Shown: positions 1 to 11,340 of the stretch, in pieces
How the letters are laid out: each line of letters begins with the position of its first letter
How positions within the stretch are numbered: position 1 is the stretch's first letter
From: Fonticula alba ATCC 38817
Taxonomy: Eukaryota; Protista; Nucleariida
NCBI GenBank assembly: GCA_000388065.2
Contig: KB932207.1
DNA: 32,719 nt
Reading direction: 5' to 3' (one strand)
Translations under genes and position numbers: made by a program
Notes under the pieces: generated by a model
Databases searched by the model: none
The model's input: only the letters and a program-made list of their open reading frames with translations
What the model was told of the DNA's origin: nothing

Positions 1-513
1 CCCCCCCCCCCCCCCCCATACACACACAAACATGCACAGACACCCACCGCCGCCACACGGGGCTTGCCTCGGTGTGTGTGGGCCTTTTCTCTTTTGACGC
101 GGGGCCAACTGTCAGAGCCACCCCGGCTGGGGCCGATCGTCCGGTGCGCCGGCCCGGGAGGATGGAAAGCACATCAGCGGGGCCCAAACAAGCGAGGCCG
201 GGCGATGGGCGGCCCCCGGGATGGGACTAGAGCTGAGGGGACAGTTTGGGGATATCACGTGCGCATGGTCAGCAATACCGAACTGATGGCGAATTTTGCC
301 CGGCCGCTGAAAGACACACCGAGCGGCACCCCCTTTTTTGCATGCGGGGGCTGGTACGCGCACACACAGCGGGGAAGCCGCCGCCGCCGCCGCCGCCGCA
401 CCCAGGACACAGGCGAACGCGCAGGACGCACATGCACACGATGGAGAGATGGGAAAGAGAGAGAGGGAGGGGGAAAAAGGATGTGCGGGTGTGCGATCAG
501 CAGGGAGAGGGGG

Positions 514-514
<1 letters not shown>

Positions 515-550
<36 letters not shown>
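515..550 (+). repeat. (CA)n microsatellite downstream of ATP6AP1
   Basis: Seen directly. Confidence 0.9.
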
Positions 551-551
<1 letters not shown>

Positions 552-963
552 CATGGAGCACAGTTGTTTATGTTTATAATATCTTGAAAAAGGAGACTGA
601 GGAAGAAGGAGAGGGAGAGACAAGGGGGAGGGAGCATAGGAGAAGGGGACTCGGCTGGATGCACATGGCGGGAGGAGAATGGGTGGTGCGTGATCGCGCG
701 GACGCGCGCATGGAAGGGCAGCAATAGCGAGCGGCTGGTGCGGGGAAAGCACCCTGTGGAGTATCCCCGCCGCGCGCCCGGGGGGCGGGGGGGGGGGGGT
801 CGCCCCTTTTGCGGGCCCACTCCCCTGTCCATTTTCCTCTCCTGAACACCGCCGACCACCCGGGGATGGACACGTCACATGTGGGAAAGCGCGCACAAGG
901 CGCGCGCCCGGAATGAGAGGGAAAGAGGGGGAGAAAGGAAGAAGGAGCGACACTTTGGCCCCC

Positions 964-1513
964 TTAGTCGCTCTTCTGGAAGTGGTCCGGGGCCTTGAGC
1001 GAAGCAAGGCAGGAGTAGGCCGACAGAAGAATGATGCCGAGGACAATCAGAGTGATGATGCCCATGAAGACGGCCGGGGCGAAGAAGGTGTAAGCGTCGA
1101 ACATGCCAGCGCCGGTAAGCCAGAAGCGGTCGGCCTTGGAGGCACCCTCGCCGGGGATGGAACCAGAGGTGGAGGACTCGGCCGGGGCATCGATGGCCTG
1201 CGGATGGGGGGCAGGGGCGGTTGGTCAGTGGCGCTTGTCGCAAAAGGCAAGGCAGGAGGGGCCGCGGATGAAAGACACGGGAACAGGGCGCAAGGGGAGG
1301 CAGACGCACAGTGTCGGCGACAAGAAGGACGGAAACCGAGGAGCCACCGTAGCCAGTGAGCTTGGTGGTGAGGGCGGTGGCAAAGTTGGCTGCGGATGGG
1401 GGAGGGGGGGACAAGAACAGGGCATGTGAGGAGGGGAGAAAGGGGCGGGTTGCAGGTGCTGGGGGTGTCACGACAGGGGGGGAGGGGAGGGGGAGGTGGG
1501 GGGCCAGAGCAAG

Positions 1514-1551
<38 letters not shown>

Positions 1552-2273
1552 ACGAGGAAAGGATGGCAGGATACGCACCGGCATCTCCGGAGGCGAAGCT
1601 GATGTCAACAACAGCCGGGGCGGCGGCAGCGAGGTCGAGGGCCAGGAGCTCGTCGGTGGTGTCGACGACAATGACAGTGGCGGCGTTCTTGGTGGCCAGG
1701 TCCCCGACGACCGAGGTGCTCAGGGCCTGGGCAGAGCCGGCCACATGGGGGTAAGAAGCGAAGGAGTTGGCAGCCTGGATGGCGTCCTGTGGTGGTGGGG
1801 GCGGGCGGGGGAAGGGTGTCAGAAAGGATGCTGGTGGAAGGAGGCCAGGAGGCAGGGTGCATCATGCGAGTGGCGCGCGTACGGCGAAGGCGCTCTCGAC
1901 GGCCAGGGCATCGCCGAAGGTGGACAGGACGATGGAGACGTCGACGACCGGGACATCGGACAGGCGGGCGGTGAGGGACGCAACGTCGTACTCCACAGGA
2001 GTGGCGTCCTTCAGGGCGTCGAGATCCCTGGAAAGGGGGAGGGGAGGGGAGCACACATGGGTTAGGCGGCAGGGCACGCATGCGAGAGAGCGAGAGAGAG
2101 AGAGAGAGAGAGAGAGGGGAGACACAGGCTCAAATGGCAAGCCGGCGAAGGGGATGGAGGACGCACTCAGTGTCGCTCCAGACGGTGGTGGTGCCAGCCG
2201 AGACGACACCAGCCACAAGGACCAGGAGAGCAAAGACGGAGGAGATGAGGCCGCGGGGGGTGAGCGGGGCCAT
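964..2273 (-). CDS. ATP6AP1: V-type ATPase accessory subunit S1 (Ac45/ATP6AP1/Voa1-like), about 257 aa, 5 exons (2273-2167, 2027-1883, 1786-1579, 1389-1310, 1197-964)
   Basis: The four GT..AG introns give a 774-nt frame ending in TAA. N-terminal signal peptide MAPLTPRGLISSVFALLVLVAGVVSAG. C-terminal TM and tail FFAPAVFMGIITLIVLGIILLSAYSCLASLKAPDHFQKSD resemble the Ac45 C-terminus (FFSPGIWMGL...LSLKTMDRFD), recognised from memory of the family. Confidence 0.72.
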
Positions 2274-4573
2274 GGTGACTCGCGAGGTGCGGGAGGGGGA
2301 CGACCAGCGACGGGAACTGCCGTCGGGGGGGTTAGAGAGAGAGGGGAGCCGGGGGCGGGAGGAGGAAAAAAACTATGGGCCAAGGGGGGGGGGGGCAGGA
2401 AGGAGAAGGAGCCAAGTGAACGGAATCCAGCCAGCAAGAGAATCGCGCGAGGATGGTGTGTGTGTGTGTGTGTGTGCGCGCGTGGAGAAGGCAGGACGAG
2501 AGGAAAGACGAAGGAGAGGGGAGGCATGATGCGGGGGGGGGGGGCTTACAGTGGGAATGGAAGTCAGGTGGGGGGTGTCCACGAAGGCGGGGCCCTGGGT
2601 CAGCGTGGTGGCCAAAAAAGGGCTCCACATTGAAAACAAGCCATCTTTGCCACGCCTGCCTGCCGCACCACCCGGCTCCCCCTGCCCTCCCCCCCCCTCC
2701 CCCCCCCCACCGGCACCTGCCCCGAGCAGACACCACGATACACCGGAGACCGGGCGGGCCGCGGGCCAGGCACCACCAGCACCACCCGCGGGCCAGGGAC
2801 TCTGGGCCGGGGATCTCCCTCGTCCTCCGGGGGGGGGGGGGGGCGGGCGGATGCCCAGACCCTGGACGCACGGCGCGGTCAGCCAAGCGGTCTCATGGCT
2901 GGGGCGAGGCCCCATGTATGGGCTGGGGGGGGGGGGGGCCACCAGCAGCCCCGAGTGCCCCGCCTGGACCTCGGCGCCGCTGCGAACGACGGTCGTGCCC
3001 GCCCCCAGCGGCCGTGGCCGCGCTCACACGCTCTCCCAGACGTGGCCAACAGGCAACCCTCCAGAGCACTTGCACGCGCATGCACACACACACAGACACA
3101 GACACACAGACACATTCTCCGAAGAGCGGCCGCGCTCGGCGCCAACCCTAGCTGGAGTGCGCAGCTGGTCCCAGCCGAGAAGGGAGCTCCCGAGCGAGGG
3201 AGGAAGCGACAATGGGGTGCCCGGATTTAGCGGCGGCACATGCACCATCAGCACAGCACGGTCTGCCCCGCGCCTGCCAAAGGGGGGGTGGTGGCCCAAG
3301 CCTGGCGGCCGAAAAAAACAAAAACACCCAGGCGAGCCGGAGGGCCTGTGAGCCAGGGCCCCCGGGCGGCCGGCACCTGTGACTGGCCCCGGCGTCCCTG
3401 CCGCAGGTCCGCCATGGTCCGGCCGCCCGGGCGGGGCGGGGGAGCCTCGCCGTGTGTGCCCCCCCCCCCCCCGCGCCCCAGCCCGTGAAAGGGACAAAAG
3501 ACTGGAGCCCGGACCGCCCGGAGGGTCGGGCGCGACTGCGCGCTCGGACGGAGGGGGCGCGCGCAGAGGCCCCCCCCCGTTGGCCGGAATACGGGCGCGC
3601 AGTTCCGCCCGGCTGTCTCATGTGGCGCGTCCCTGTGTTGTGACGACATGTGATCTGGCGGACTCCAGAACCGCCAGCGTGAATCCAACCCTGTGCGACA
3701 CACCGCAGGCACGCGCGGTTCGTTCTGGGCTGGCCCGGCTGGGCGCGGCGCCAGCTGGCTGGGAACCGGCACAGGATGGCGCAAGGCGGCAGGGGAGAGG
3801 TGGCCTGACGGATGCGTGTTGGACACTCCGGCGCATACTGGGGTGCCGGGCGGAGCAGGTCGCACGGATTCCGACACGCGCGGCTAGGCTCCCCGGTGCC
3901 GGTCATGAACACGGCTCGGCGGAATATTCCGCACTATTTTTAGTGGCCAGATCATTGCCCAGTGTGGTTGAGGGGCCTGCCCGAGCACACCCAGCCGGGC
4001 CGGGGGTATGGCGGGGCAGGAAGAGGGAAGATCGGCCCATTTCCCCCCCACCCCCCCCCTTTCGAACTCGACCAGCTCTGGGCGTTCGCAGGGGGGAGGT
4101 GTCCGGGGAGAATGTGCTTCTGGACTTGCAACACCCAGTTCCACCCTGCCCCCTGCGCGCGGTTCCCCCGCCCGCCGCCTTGCGGCCCGGCTGCCTGACG
4201 TGCGGCCCGGCGCAGGCGTGGGCCCCCCCGAACGCCGGAGACTGCAGGCGCTCGCGGGCAGGCCATCCTCCTGGAGGGGCTGAGGGGGGTGGCCGGGGGG
4301 GGGGGGGGGGGGGGGGAGGGTCGGGGAGCCGCGCGCCATGCCGACCGGCGCACGGGCGCGGCATACTGAAGACCACCCAGCCCGCCGGCCGCCAGCTCCG
4401 GGCCAGATCCCCCTCTTTGACAGCTATATCCCCCCTTGGAGATCACCTCCGCCTGTACGTGCGTCGCCTCTCGGTCTTCCCTCCCGGTCCTCCTCCCTCC
4501 CTTCCCCCCCTCCCTCTCACTCACCGGAGCCCCGACACACCCCTCTCCCCAGGCAAGAAAAGAGTACCGCGAT

Positions 4574-4666
4574 ATGACGACCATGTCTGCGACCTCTGCT
4601 GCCCCGCCCAAGTCTACCGTGCGTTGCCCTCCCTCCCCGCCCCCCCCCCCCCCCCCCTTTGCATCC

Positions 4667-4741
<75 letters not shown>

Positions 4742-4749
4742 CCCCCCCC

Positions 4750-4789
<40 letters not shown>

Positions 4790-7109
4790 CCCTCCTCCCC
4801 TCGCTATGACTGACCGCGTCGCGCCGCCCCTCGCCGTAGACATGTGCTTCCAGGACCTCACGGCCAGCCACCAGCCCGACATGCTGGGCACCGTCACCGG
4901 TGCCGGCCTCATCGGCCAGCAGCTCACGGTCCCGCTCACCCTGTCCCCCCACCCGGTGTACACGCTGCCGATGCTGAGCGTTTCGGCCACCAAGGGCACC
5001 GGCATCGTGGTGTCGGTCCCGTCCGACTCGCCGGACGACTTCGCCGCCTTCCGCGACCTGAAGTCCAAGCCGGCCTTCTGCGAGAAGTACGATGTCGACC
5101 ATGCCTGGGTGCGCGACGTGTCGCCGGTGCACATCATCGATGTGCCTGGCTACTCCGGGCCCTGCGCCGAGATCGCCTGCGACGAGTTCAAGGTCCAGTC
5201 CCAGAACGATGCCGTCGCCCTGGCCAAGGCCAAGGACGAGGCCTACAAGCGCGGCTTCTATGAGGGTGTCATGCGGGTGGGCGCCCATGCCGGGGCCAAG
5301 GTCGAGGAGGCCAAGCCCCTCATTCGCCAGGAGCTCCTGGCCGCCGGGCAGGCCGTGGTCTACTACGAGCCGGAGGGTCCGGTCATGTCGCGCTCGCTCG
5401 ACGAGTGTGTCGTGGCCCTGGTGGACCAGTGGTTCATCGACTACGGCGATGACGAGTGGCGCCAGACGGCCCTGCGCTGCCTGGCCCGCATGAACATCCC
5501 GGCGCGCGAGACCCAGAACCAGTTCGAGGCGGTCTTCAACTGGCTCGGCCAGTGGGCCTGCTCCCGGAGCTTCGGCCTGGGCAGCCGCGTCCCCTGGGAC
5601 GAGCAGTACCTGATCGACTCGCTGTCCGACTCGACCCTCTACCCGGCCTACTACACGGTGGCGCATCTCCTGCAGCAGGGCGCCCTGGACGGATCGGTCG
5701 TTGGCCCGGCCGGCCTGGCCGCCGATGCCATGACCCCCGATGCCTGGGACTTTGTCTTCCTCGGGACCGAGCCGGCGGCCGATGCCCCGGCCGCCGCGCA
5801 TCTGGACCAGCTGCGCGCCCTGCGCCGGGAGTTCCTCTTCTGGTACCCGTGCGACATGCGCGTGTCCGGCAAGGACCTGGTGCCCAACCATCTGACCATG
5901 TACATTTACAACCATGTGGCCCTGCTGGAGGAGCGCCACTGGCCCGGCGGTGTGCGCACCAATGGCCACCTCCTGCTGAACATGGAGAAGATGTCCAAGT
6001 CCACCGGCAATTTCATGACCCTGGAGCAGGCCGTGTCGGCCTTCGGGGCCGATGCCGTGCGCATTGGTCTGGCCGATTCCGGCGACACAGTGGAGGATGC
6101 CAACTTCCAGTCGGAGCTGGCCAACAAGGCCATCCTGCGTCTGCATGCGCAGCTCGACTGGACCCGGACCTTCCTCCGGGACCAGGCCAACCCGGCCACC
6201 GCCCTGCCGGTCAAGGAGCCCTCCGCCTACACGCACCATGATCTGGTGTTCCTGTCGCGCATGAGCGAGGCCATGGCCGGGGCGCTGGATGCCTACGAGC
6301 GGACCATGTACCGTGAGGCTCTCAAGTGCGGCTTCTTCGACATGCAGGCCGCGCGTGATCGCTACCGCGATCTGACCGCCTCGGCGCCCACCCCGGCGGC
6401 CGGGCCCTGTGGCGGCCTCCTGCGCCAGTTCATCGAGTACCAGGCTCTCCTGCTGGCGCCGATTGCCCCGCACTTCTGCGAGTATGTGTGGCAGGATCTC
6501 CTCGGCCACGAGGAGTCGGTCACCGCCAGCCGCATGCCCACCCCGCCGGCCGTCGACCGGATTTGCCTCATGGCCGACACCTATGCCGAGGAGGTCATCC
6601 ACCGGATGCGCCTGGCCCGCGAGGCGGCCATCAACCCGCCCCGGCCGCGCGTGGCCAAGGGGGTCACCCCGCCGCCGCTGGTGGTGTACGCCTCCCCGGT
6701 CCACTGCCGGCTGACCGTCACCCGGGCCTTCACCCCGGTGCAGCTCGCCGTCCTGAGCGCCCTGCGCGAGAACTACTCCTCGGCCACCGGGGAGTTCACC
6801 CTCCCGGAGAAGGACATCCGCGATCGCGCCCGCAAGAGCCTGCCCGACCCCAAGAAGGACACCAAGGTGGCCATGAACTTCTTTGCCACGGTGCTCACCC
6901 GGTTCGAGCTCCTCGGCGAGTTTGCCTTCAACGACCAGCTGCCCTTCGACGAGGCCCACATCCTCGGCGAGTACAAGGACTACATCCTGTCCTCCTTCGG
7001 TCTCAAGGAGCTGGACATTGTGGACAATGTGGCCGACACCCTGGCCACCCCCTGCGTGCCGGAGATTGCCTTCACCCTCCGGGTCAAGGAGGACGAGGCC
7101 CAGGAGTAG
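4574..7109 (+). CDS. LARS1: Cytosolic (eukaryotic-type) leucyl-tRNA synthetase; N-terminal ~330 aa including the HIGH motif absent from this assembly. Putative first exon 4574-4618, main exon 4840-7109
   Basis: Main exon encodes the CP1 editing motif GTGIVVSVPSDSPDD, WACSRSFGLG, SDSTLYPAYY, SGKDLVPNHLT and KMSKS. Branch-like CTGAC and TAG acceptor at 4810-4839. Upstream MTTMSATSAAPPKST followed by a GTGCGT donor at 4619. The 5' structure is uncertain. Confidence 0.93.
4641..4790 (+). repeat. Interrupted poly-C tract (about 150 nt) inside the LeuRS gene; likely assembly collapse point
   Basis: Near-pure C run seen directly. Confidence 0.9.
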
Positions 7110-7962
7110 GTGCAGGTGTGTTGACCGGGCCGCCGCCTGCCGCCGAAGACGGGCGAGATGTGATATGCCGGACACGCGCGCGCGCGCGCGCGCGCGCTCC
7201 CTCCCTCTCTCTCTCTCCCCGCCTTCCTGTTTTCCCCAAGCACCGAGCAGGTGGTGGTGCAGGCTGCCTGCCTCACGACCATATCCCCCTCCCCCCTCGC
7301 CCTTCTCCTCCCCTCTGGCTCCTCCTTCTCTCGGCTCCCGCTCTGTGCACGCCTCCCTGCTGCCGTCCGTTCGGCGGGGGCGCAAGGAGGCGACCAGCGA
7401 GCGAGGCGCATCGGGCCTGGACACCGTCCATCGTGTTGCTGCATGATGCACGGCATGTATGCATGAAATACCAACAGAGTAGCAATATATACACACACAC
7501 GTCGATCGTGTCCCCTTCTGCAGTTCCGCGCTTTCTTTCGAGGGGGGAGGAGGGGGGACGTCCTGCCTACGTGCATGTGCAAGGCCGCCCTCCTGCCGTT
7601 TCTGGCCCGCATCGCTCCCACGAGCAGGGAGCACCTGTTCACCTGGCCGGGGATGATCACATGCCCACGGCCATGCGCCGGTCAAAGCACCGAGTCTTGC
7701 GTTGCATGCGATCTGGGCCGAGCGGCGTCCCGCGGGCTGCCCCATGCCCGCACGCCGGGGCCTCCCCACGTAGGTGCGATCGTGTGGCCTTGCTCTTTTG
7801 CGGCCCACGCTGCGCCTCGCCCCAAAGAGGGGGTGCGATCGCGGCGCCTCGGCCAACCGGTCGTGAAGACAACAGTGATCCACTCCCCCCCCCCCCCCTC
7901 CCACCCCTTCTGTGCTCTTCCCCTTTGCCCCTGTTCCCCCCTCCCCCTTCCCCTCTTCTGAC

Positions 7963-8574
7963 ATGACCGAGAAGCGCAAGCGCAGCGAGGAGTCCGACAC
8001 CTCGGCCCCTTCTGACCCGGTGGACAAGCTGCTGGCTGGCCTGCCGGAGGTGAAGCGCACCCGCGGCGGGCGCCGCAAGGCGCAGGCTGCACCTCCTGTC
8101 GAGGAGCCTGCCGCCGTGGCGGAGTCTCCGGAGGTGCCGGCCGACGACAAGAAGGCCGACAAGCCGGCCAAGAAGGCCGGGCCGCCGAAGTTCATCGTCT
8201 TCGTCGGGAACCTTCCCTACAATGTCAAGGCCGAGGAGGTTCGCGAGGAGCTGTTCAAGCCGCTGGTGGAGTATGTGCGCGATGTGCGCGTCCGCGCGGA
8301 GAAGGGCTTCGCTTTCGTGGAGTTCAAGAACTACACCTCCTACAGCATGGCCATCCGCATGAACAAGACCTCCTTCAAGGGGCGCGAGGTCAAGGTCGAG
8401 GCCACGGTCGGCGGCGGCGGCAACAGCGCCGCCCGCAAGCAGAAGCTCATGAAGAAGAAGGTGGAGATGAACAAGAAGGTCCATGTCCAGCTGAAGACCA
8501 TGCTGGACGACTCGCGCCTCAAGGGGGCCATCTCGCGCGCCACCGCCGCCGGCAAGCTCCCCGAATCGTCGTAG
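7963..8574 (+). CDS. NOP6: Nop6-like nucleolar RRM RNA-binding protein, 203 aa, single exon
   Basis: RNP2 FIVFVGNLPY and RNP1 KGFAFVEF. The post-RRM motif VEATVGGGGNSAARKQKL matches Nop6 VELTVGGGGNS..R..KL. Lys-rich termini. Confidence 0.85.
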   Translation: MTEKRKRSEESDTSAPSDPVDKLLAGLPEVKRTRGGRRKAQAAPPVEEPAAVAESPEVPADDKKADKPAKKAGPPKFIVFVGNLPYNVKAEEVREELFKPLVEYVRDVRVRAEKGFAFVEFKNYTSYSMAIRMNKTSFKGREVKVEATVGGGGNSAARKQKLMKKKVEMNKKVHVQLKTMLDDSRLKGAISRATAAGKLPESS

Positions 8575-9176
8575 GGGTTGGACAGGCCACTCCCGGCCAG
8601 CGTGGGCTGGGCCAGCCGTCGTCTCTTCCTCTTCCTCCTCTTCCTCTTCCTCCTCTTCTTCTTCTTCTTCTTCTTTTCGGACCTCGCTCGCCCTCTCCCT
8701 CTCCGCTTCTATCCTCTCTCCCTCCGCTCTCGCCCCTGCTTTCGCCCTTTCCCGGCCATCTGGATGTTCAAATACAGCTCTTTTTGTTCAACCCCACACG
8801 CTCGCAGATGCCGGGACATGCTCGTACATGCGTCTGCGCCTGGGCAAGAGTGCAGGCAGCGTGACACGCGGGGCCGCACAGATACACCCGCCCACCCACA
8901 CGCCTGGACTGTGCAGGTCGTGGATGTACCGCGAACAAGTTTACACGCACACACACACACACGCGCGCAAGAAAAAAACCAACACTAGCTCCCACTGTCA
9001 CACCCACGCATGCCCACTACCCTTCTATCCTTACGTCTCCGACTTTTTGCTCACGCATACACACACCAGGCCGTGTTGTGTCCAGGGACGTCCGTCGGAC
9101 CGAGGGAAATACCTCTCCTTGGCAGCAGGTACATTGCCGGGCGGCGCGAAGACATGGCATGGATGAGGGGCAGCGC

Positions 9177-11279
9177 CTACGACCCCCATGCCGGGGAGTC
9201 AGCCCGGTCCGGGTGCAGGCGCTCGGAGTGTGTAGCCTCCAGGCCGGCTGCCACGTCGGCGGTCGCCAGCGGCGGGAGGTTGACTGTCCCCGGGGCTGGC
9301 GGGCTGGCCACGCCCACTCCATCGGAGTGCTGATGGTGGCGCGGCGGGATGGCTATCCCGATGGGTGGTGACAGGCCGTGCGCCTGGGCCCGGCTCGAGG
9401 GCAGACTGCGGACCCCGCCGGGCGGCGGTGGTGGCAGGAAGCTCGCCCCGGGTGACAGAAGCAGCGGCGAAGCCCCAGGCGTCGCCATGGCATCGATCAC
9501 GGCCGCCGTGTGGCTGACGTACCCGAGCCGGCCGCTGCCCGGGCCGAGGCTGGGCCGCGGCCCGCGCGGAGTCTTCACCACCGCCCCGGGCGGCCATCCC
9601 CCTTCGGGATCGGACTCGAGGTCGGGCCCGTCGTCCGAGTCGCCGGGCTGCTTGGAAGCGCGCGAGCCGGGCCGCCCAGACACGGGCCCCGGCGGCGGCG
9701 TCGGCGGCGACGGCGGCAGCGGCGGCGGCGGCATCGCCGTGTGCCACATGATGAAAAGGCTCAGGAGCAGGCCCAGGCCGATGCACGACCAAATGGCGGC
9801 ATAGGGCCCGGCGCGGTGGGCCACTTGGCGGCGGAAGGCGGCCGGCTGGTGGCCGGGCACTCCCACCGGGCCAGGGGGCAGGGGCAGTGGCTCGGGCGCC
9901 CCGGGCGGCCGGGGACGCGGCCCGATCAGCACCGCATCCTCCGGCAGCCGATTGACAAACACCACATACATGTCCAGGGGCCGGGCGCCGCGATTGGGCA
10001 GGACCGCATGGCAGCCACATCCCCGGCACGAAAGGGGCCGGTCCATGGCCGGCGCGTCATCATCCTCGGCCGAGTCGCTTGGGGTGCTCGTTGACCCATC
10101 GCCATTGCCACGGTCATCGGTGTTGCTCCTGCTGCTGCTGCTGCTGCTGCTGCCGCCGCCGCCGCCGCCGCCGGGGCCGGGGCCATCACTCCCGCTGAGG
10201 GTGTCAGCCCCTTGCCCCGGCGATGGCTCAGGCGCCTGGCCGATCACCCACGGCTGCGTATGCTGATACACCCGGGCCGCCACGTCGAAGCGCTGGGACA
10301 CGGTGATGGCGGCCGTGTCGGGCCCCGGGGGCATCCCCTCGACGGCGACCCGGCACCACAGCCGACTGTCCCCGACCAGGCTGATGGTGGCATTGAAGTT
10401 CAGCGGCCCGCCAGGGCGGAAGGTGTCCCGATGGAGGACCGCCATGCCGGCGGCCCCCGGCCCAGGCTGGGCCTTGAGGAAGGCCCGCGCGAGCGGCTGC
10501 TCCAGGTACTCGATGGTCACGCGCAGGCTGGCCAGGTCGTCGGCCGGCTGGCCGCGGTTCGCCAGCTCGGAGATGTCGATGTGCGTCTCGATGTCCACCT
10601 GGGACCCCTGCAGCAGGTCCAGGCCAATGGGCCAGCTGGGCCCGGAGGCCGGGGCAAAGCGCCCGGTCCGGGTGACCCCCCAGCGCACGGGGTCCAGACT
10701 GAGGGCGGGCCTCACCGGTCCGGGAAAGATGACGGCCGTCACCCCGGCGCAGGAGCCCGGGCTCGGGTGGGCGGCCTCGAGCAGCCGAACCCCCGTGGCA
10801 TAGTCCCAGGGTATCTTCTCCATGCGGCTGGTCCCGCCGGCGGCCAGCGATCTTTCCCCGGTCGAAGGGTAGGGAGTTGACAGGCCGGTGATCAGGGCCA
10901 CGGCCGCGAAGAACCCCAGCACCAGGGCCAAGCCGCGCTTGCGATAAGCCCACACCGGAGCCAGGAGGCCCCCGGGGGCCGGGGGCGTGGGGGCCGAGCC
11001 GCGAAGCGACTGCGATCTCGGGGATTTGCCGGCCACCCGGTGGTCGCCGGAGTCGGCCTCGCTCACAAGGGGGGACACCTCCTCGGAGAGGATGTCGGCT
11101 GGTGGGTCCTCATCGAGGCCGGAGCCGCGACCCAGCTGGTGCATGTCCGTGGAGTATGGGTCGCCATCGGGGCCCGGGCCGATGTCCTCCAATTCGATGT
11201 CCTCGTCGGCATAGCCGGTACCCCAGCCGGCGAGATCGGCCGAGTCCGAGTGGAAGAGGTTCGCCGACCGGAGCTCCAT
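9177..11279 (-). CDS. Hypothetical two-transmembrane protein, about 700 aa; may extend upstream into the N gap
   Basis: Long uninterrupted ORF ending in TAG. Hydrophobic segments GLALVLGFFAAVALITGL and AAIWSCIGLGLLLSLFIMW flank a ~400-aa region containing globular-looking stretches. Acidic N-terminus, Pro/Ser-rich C-terminus. No family recognised. Confidence 0.7.
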   Translation of the reverse strand: MELRSANLFHSDSADLAGWGTGYADEDIELEDIGPGPDGDPYSTDMHQLGRGSGLDEDPPADILSEEVSPLVSEADSGDHRVAGKSPRSQSLRGSAPTPPAPGGLLAPVWAYRKRGLALVLGFFAAVALITGLSTPYPSTGERSLAAGGTSRMEKIPWDYATGVRLLEAAHPSPGSCAGVTAVIFPGPVRPALSLDPVRWGVTRTGRFAPASGPSWPIGLDLLQGSQVDIETHIDISELANRGQPADDLASLRVTIEYLEQPLARAFLKAQPGPGAAGMAVLHRDTFRPGGPLNFNATISLVGDSRLWCRVAVEGMPPGPDTAAITVSQRFDVAARVYQHTQPWVIGQAPEPSPGQGADTLSGSDGPGPGGGGGGGSSSSSSSRSNTDDRGNGDGSTSTPSDSAEDDDAPAMDRPLSCRGCGCHAVLPNRGARPLDMYVVFVNRLPEDAVLIGPRPRPPGAPEPLPLPPGPVGVPGHQPAAFRRQVAHRAGPYAAIWSCIGLGLLLSLFIMWHTAMPPPPLPPSPPTPPPGPVSGRPGSRASKQPGDSDDGPDLESDPEGGWPPGAVVKTPRGPRPSLGPGSGRLGYVSHTAAVIDAMATPGASPLLLSPGASFLPPPPPGGVRSLPSSRAQAHGLSPPIGIAIPPRHHQHSDGVGVASPPAPGTVNLPPLATADVAAGLEATHSERLHPDRADSPAWGS

Positions 11280-11340
11280 GGTGCATGAGTCCGTGGGCGG
11301 ATGCGCGATATGCGGGTAACCAGTATGTTGGTGGTGGCAG

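Noticed and set aside
1-960. ORFs and possible exons at the window start
   Set aside because: Translations are dominated by microsatellites. The region looks like the ATP6AP1 3' UTR (AT-rich patch near 565-585) plus intergenic DNA.
2300-4330. Many long overlapping ORFs on both strands (also at 11750-13450 and antisense to real genes, e.g. 4614-8195)
   Set aside because: Pro/Gly/Arg-rich products expected from stop-poor GC-rich DNA, with no domains. No tRNA, rRNA or CRISPR structure recognised.
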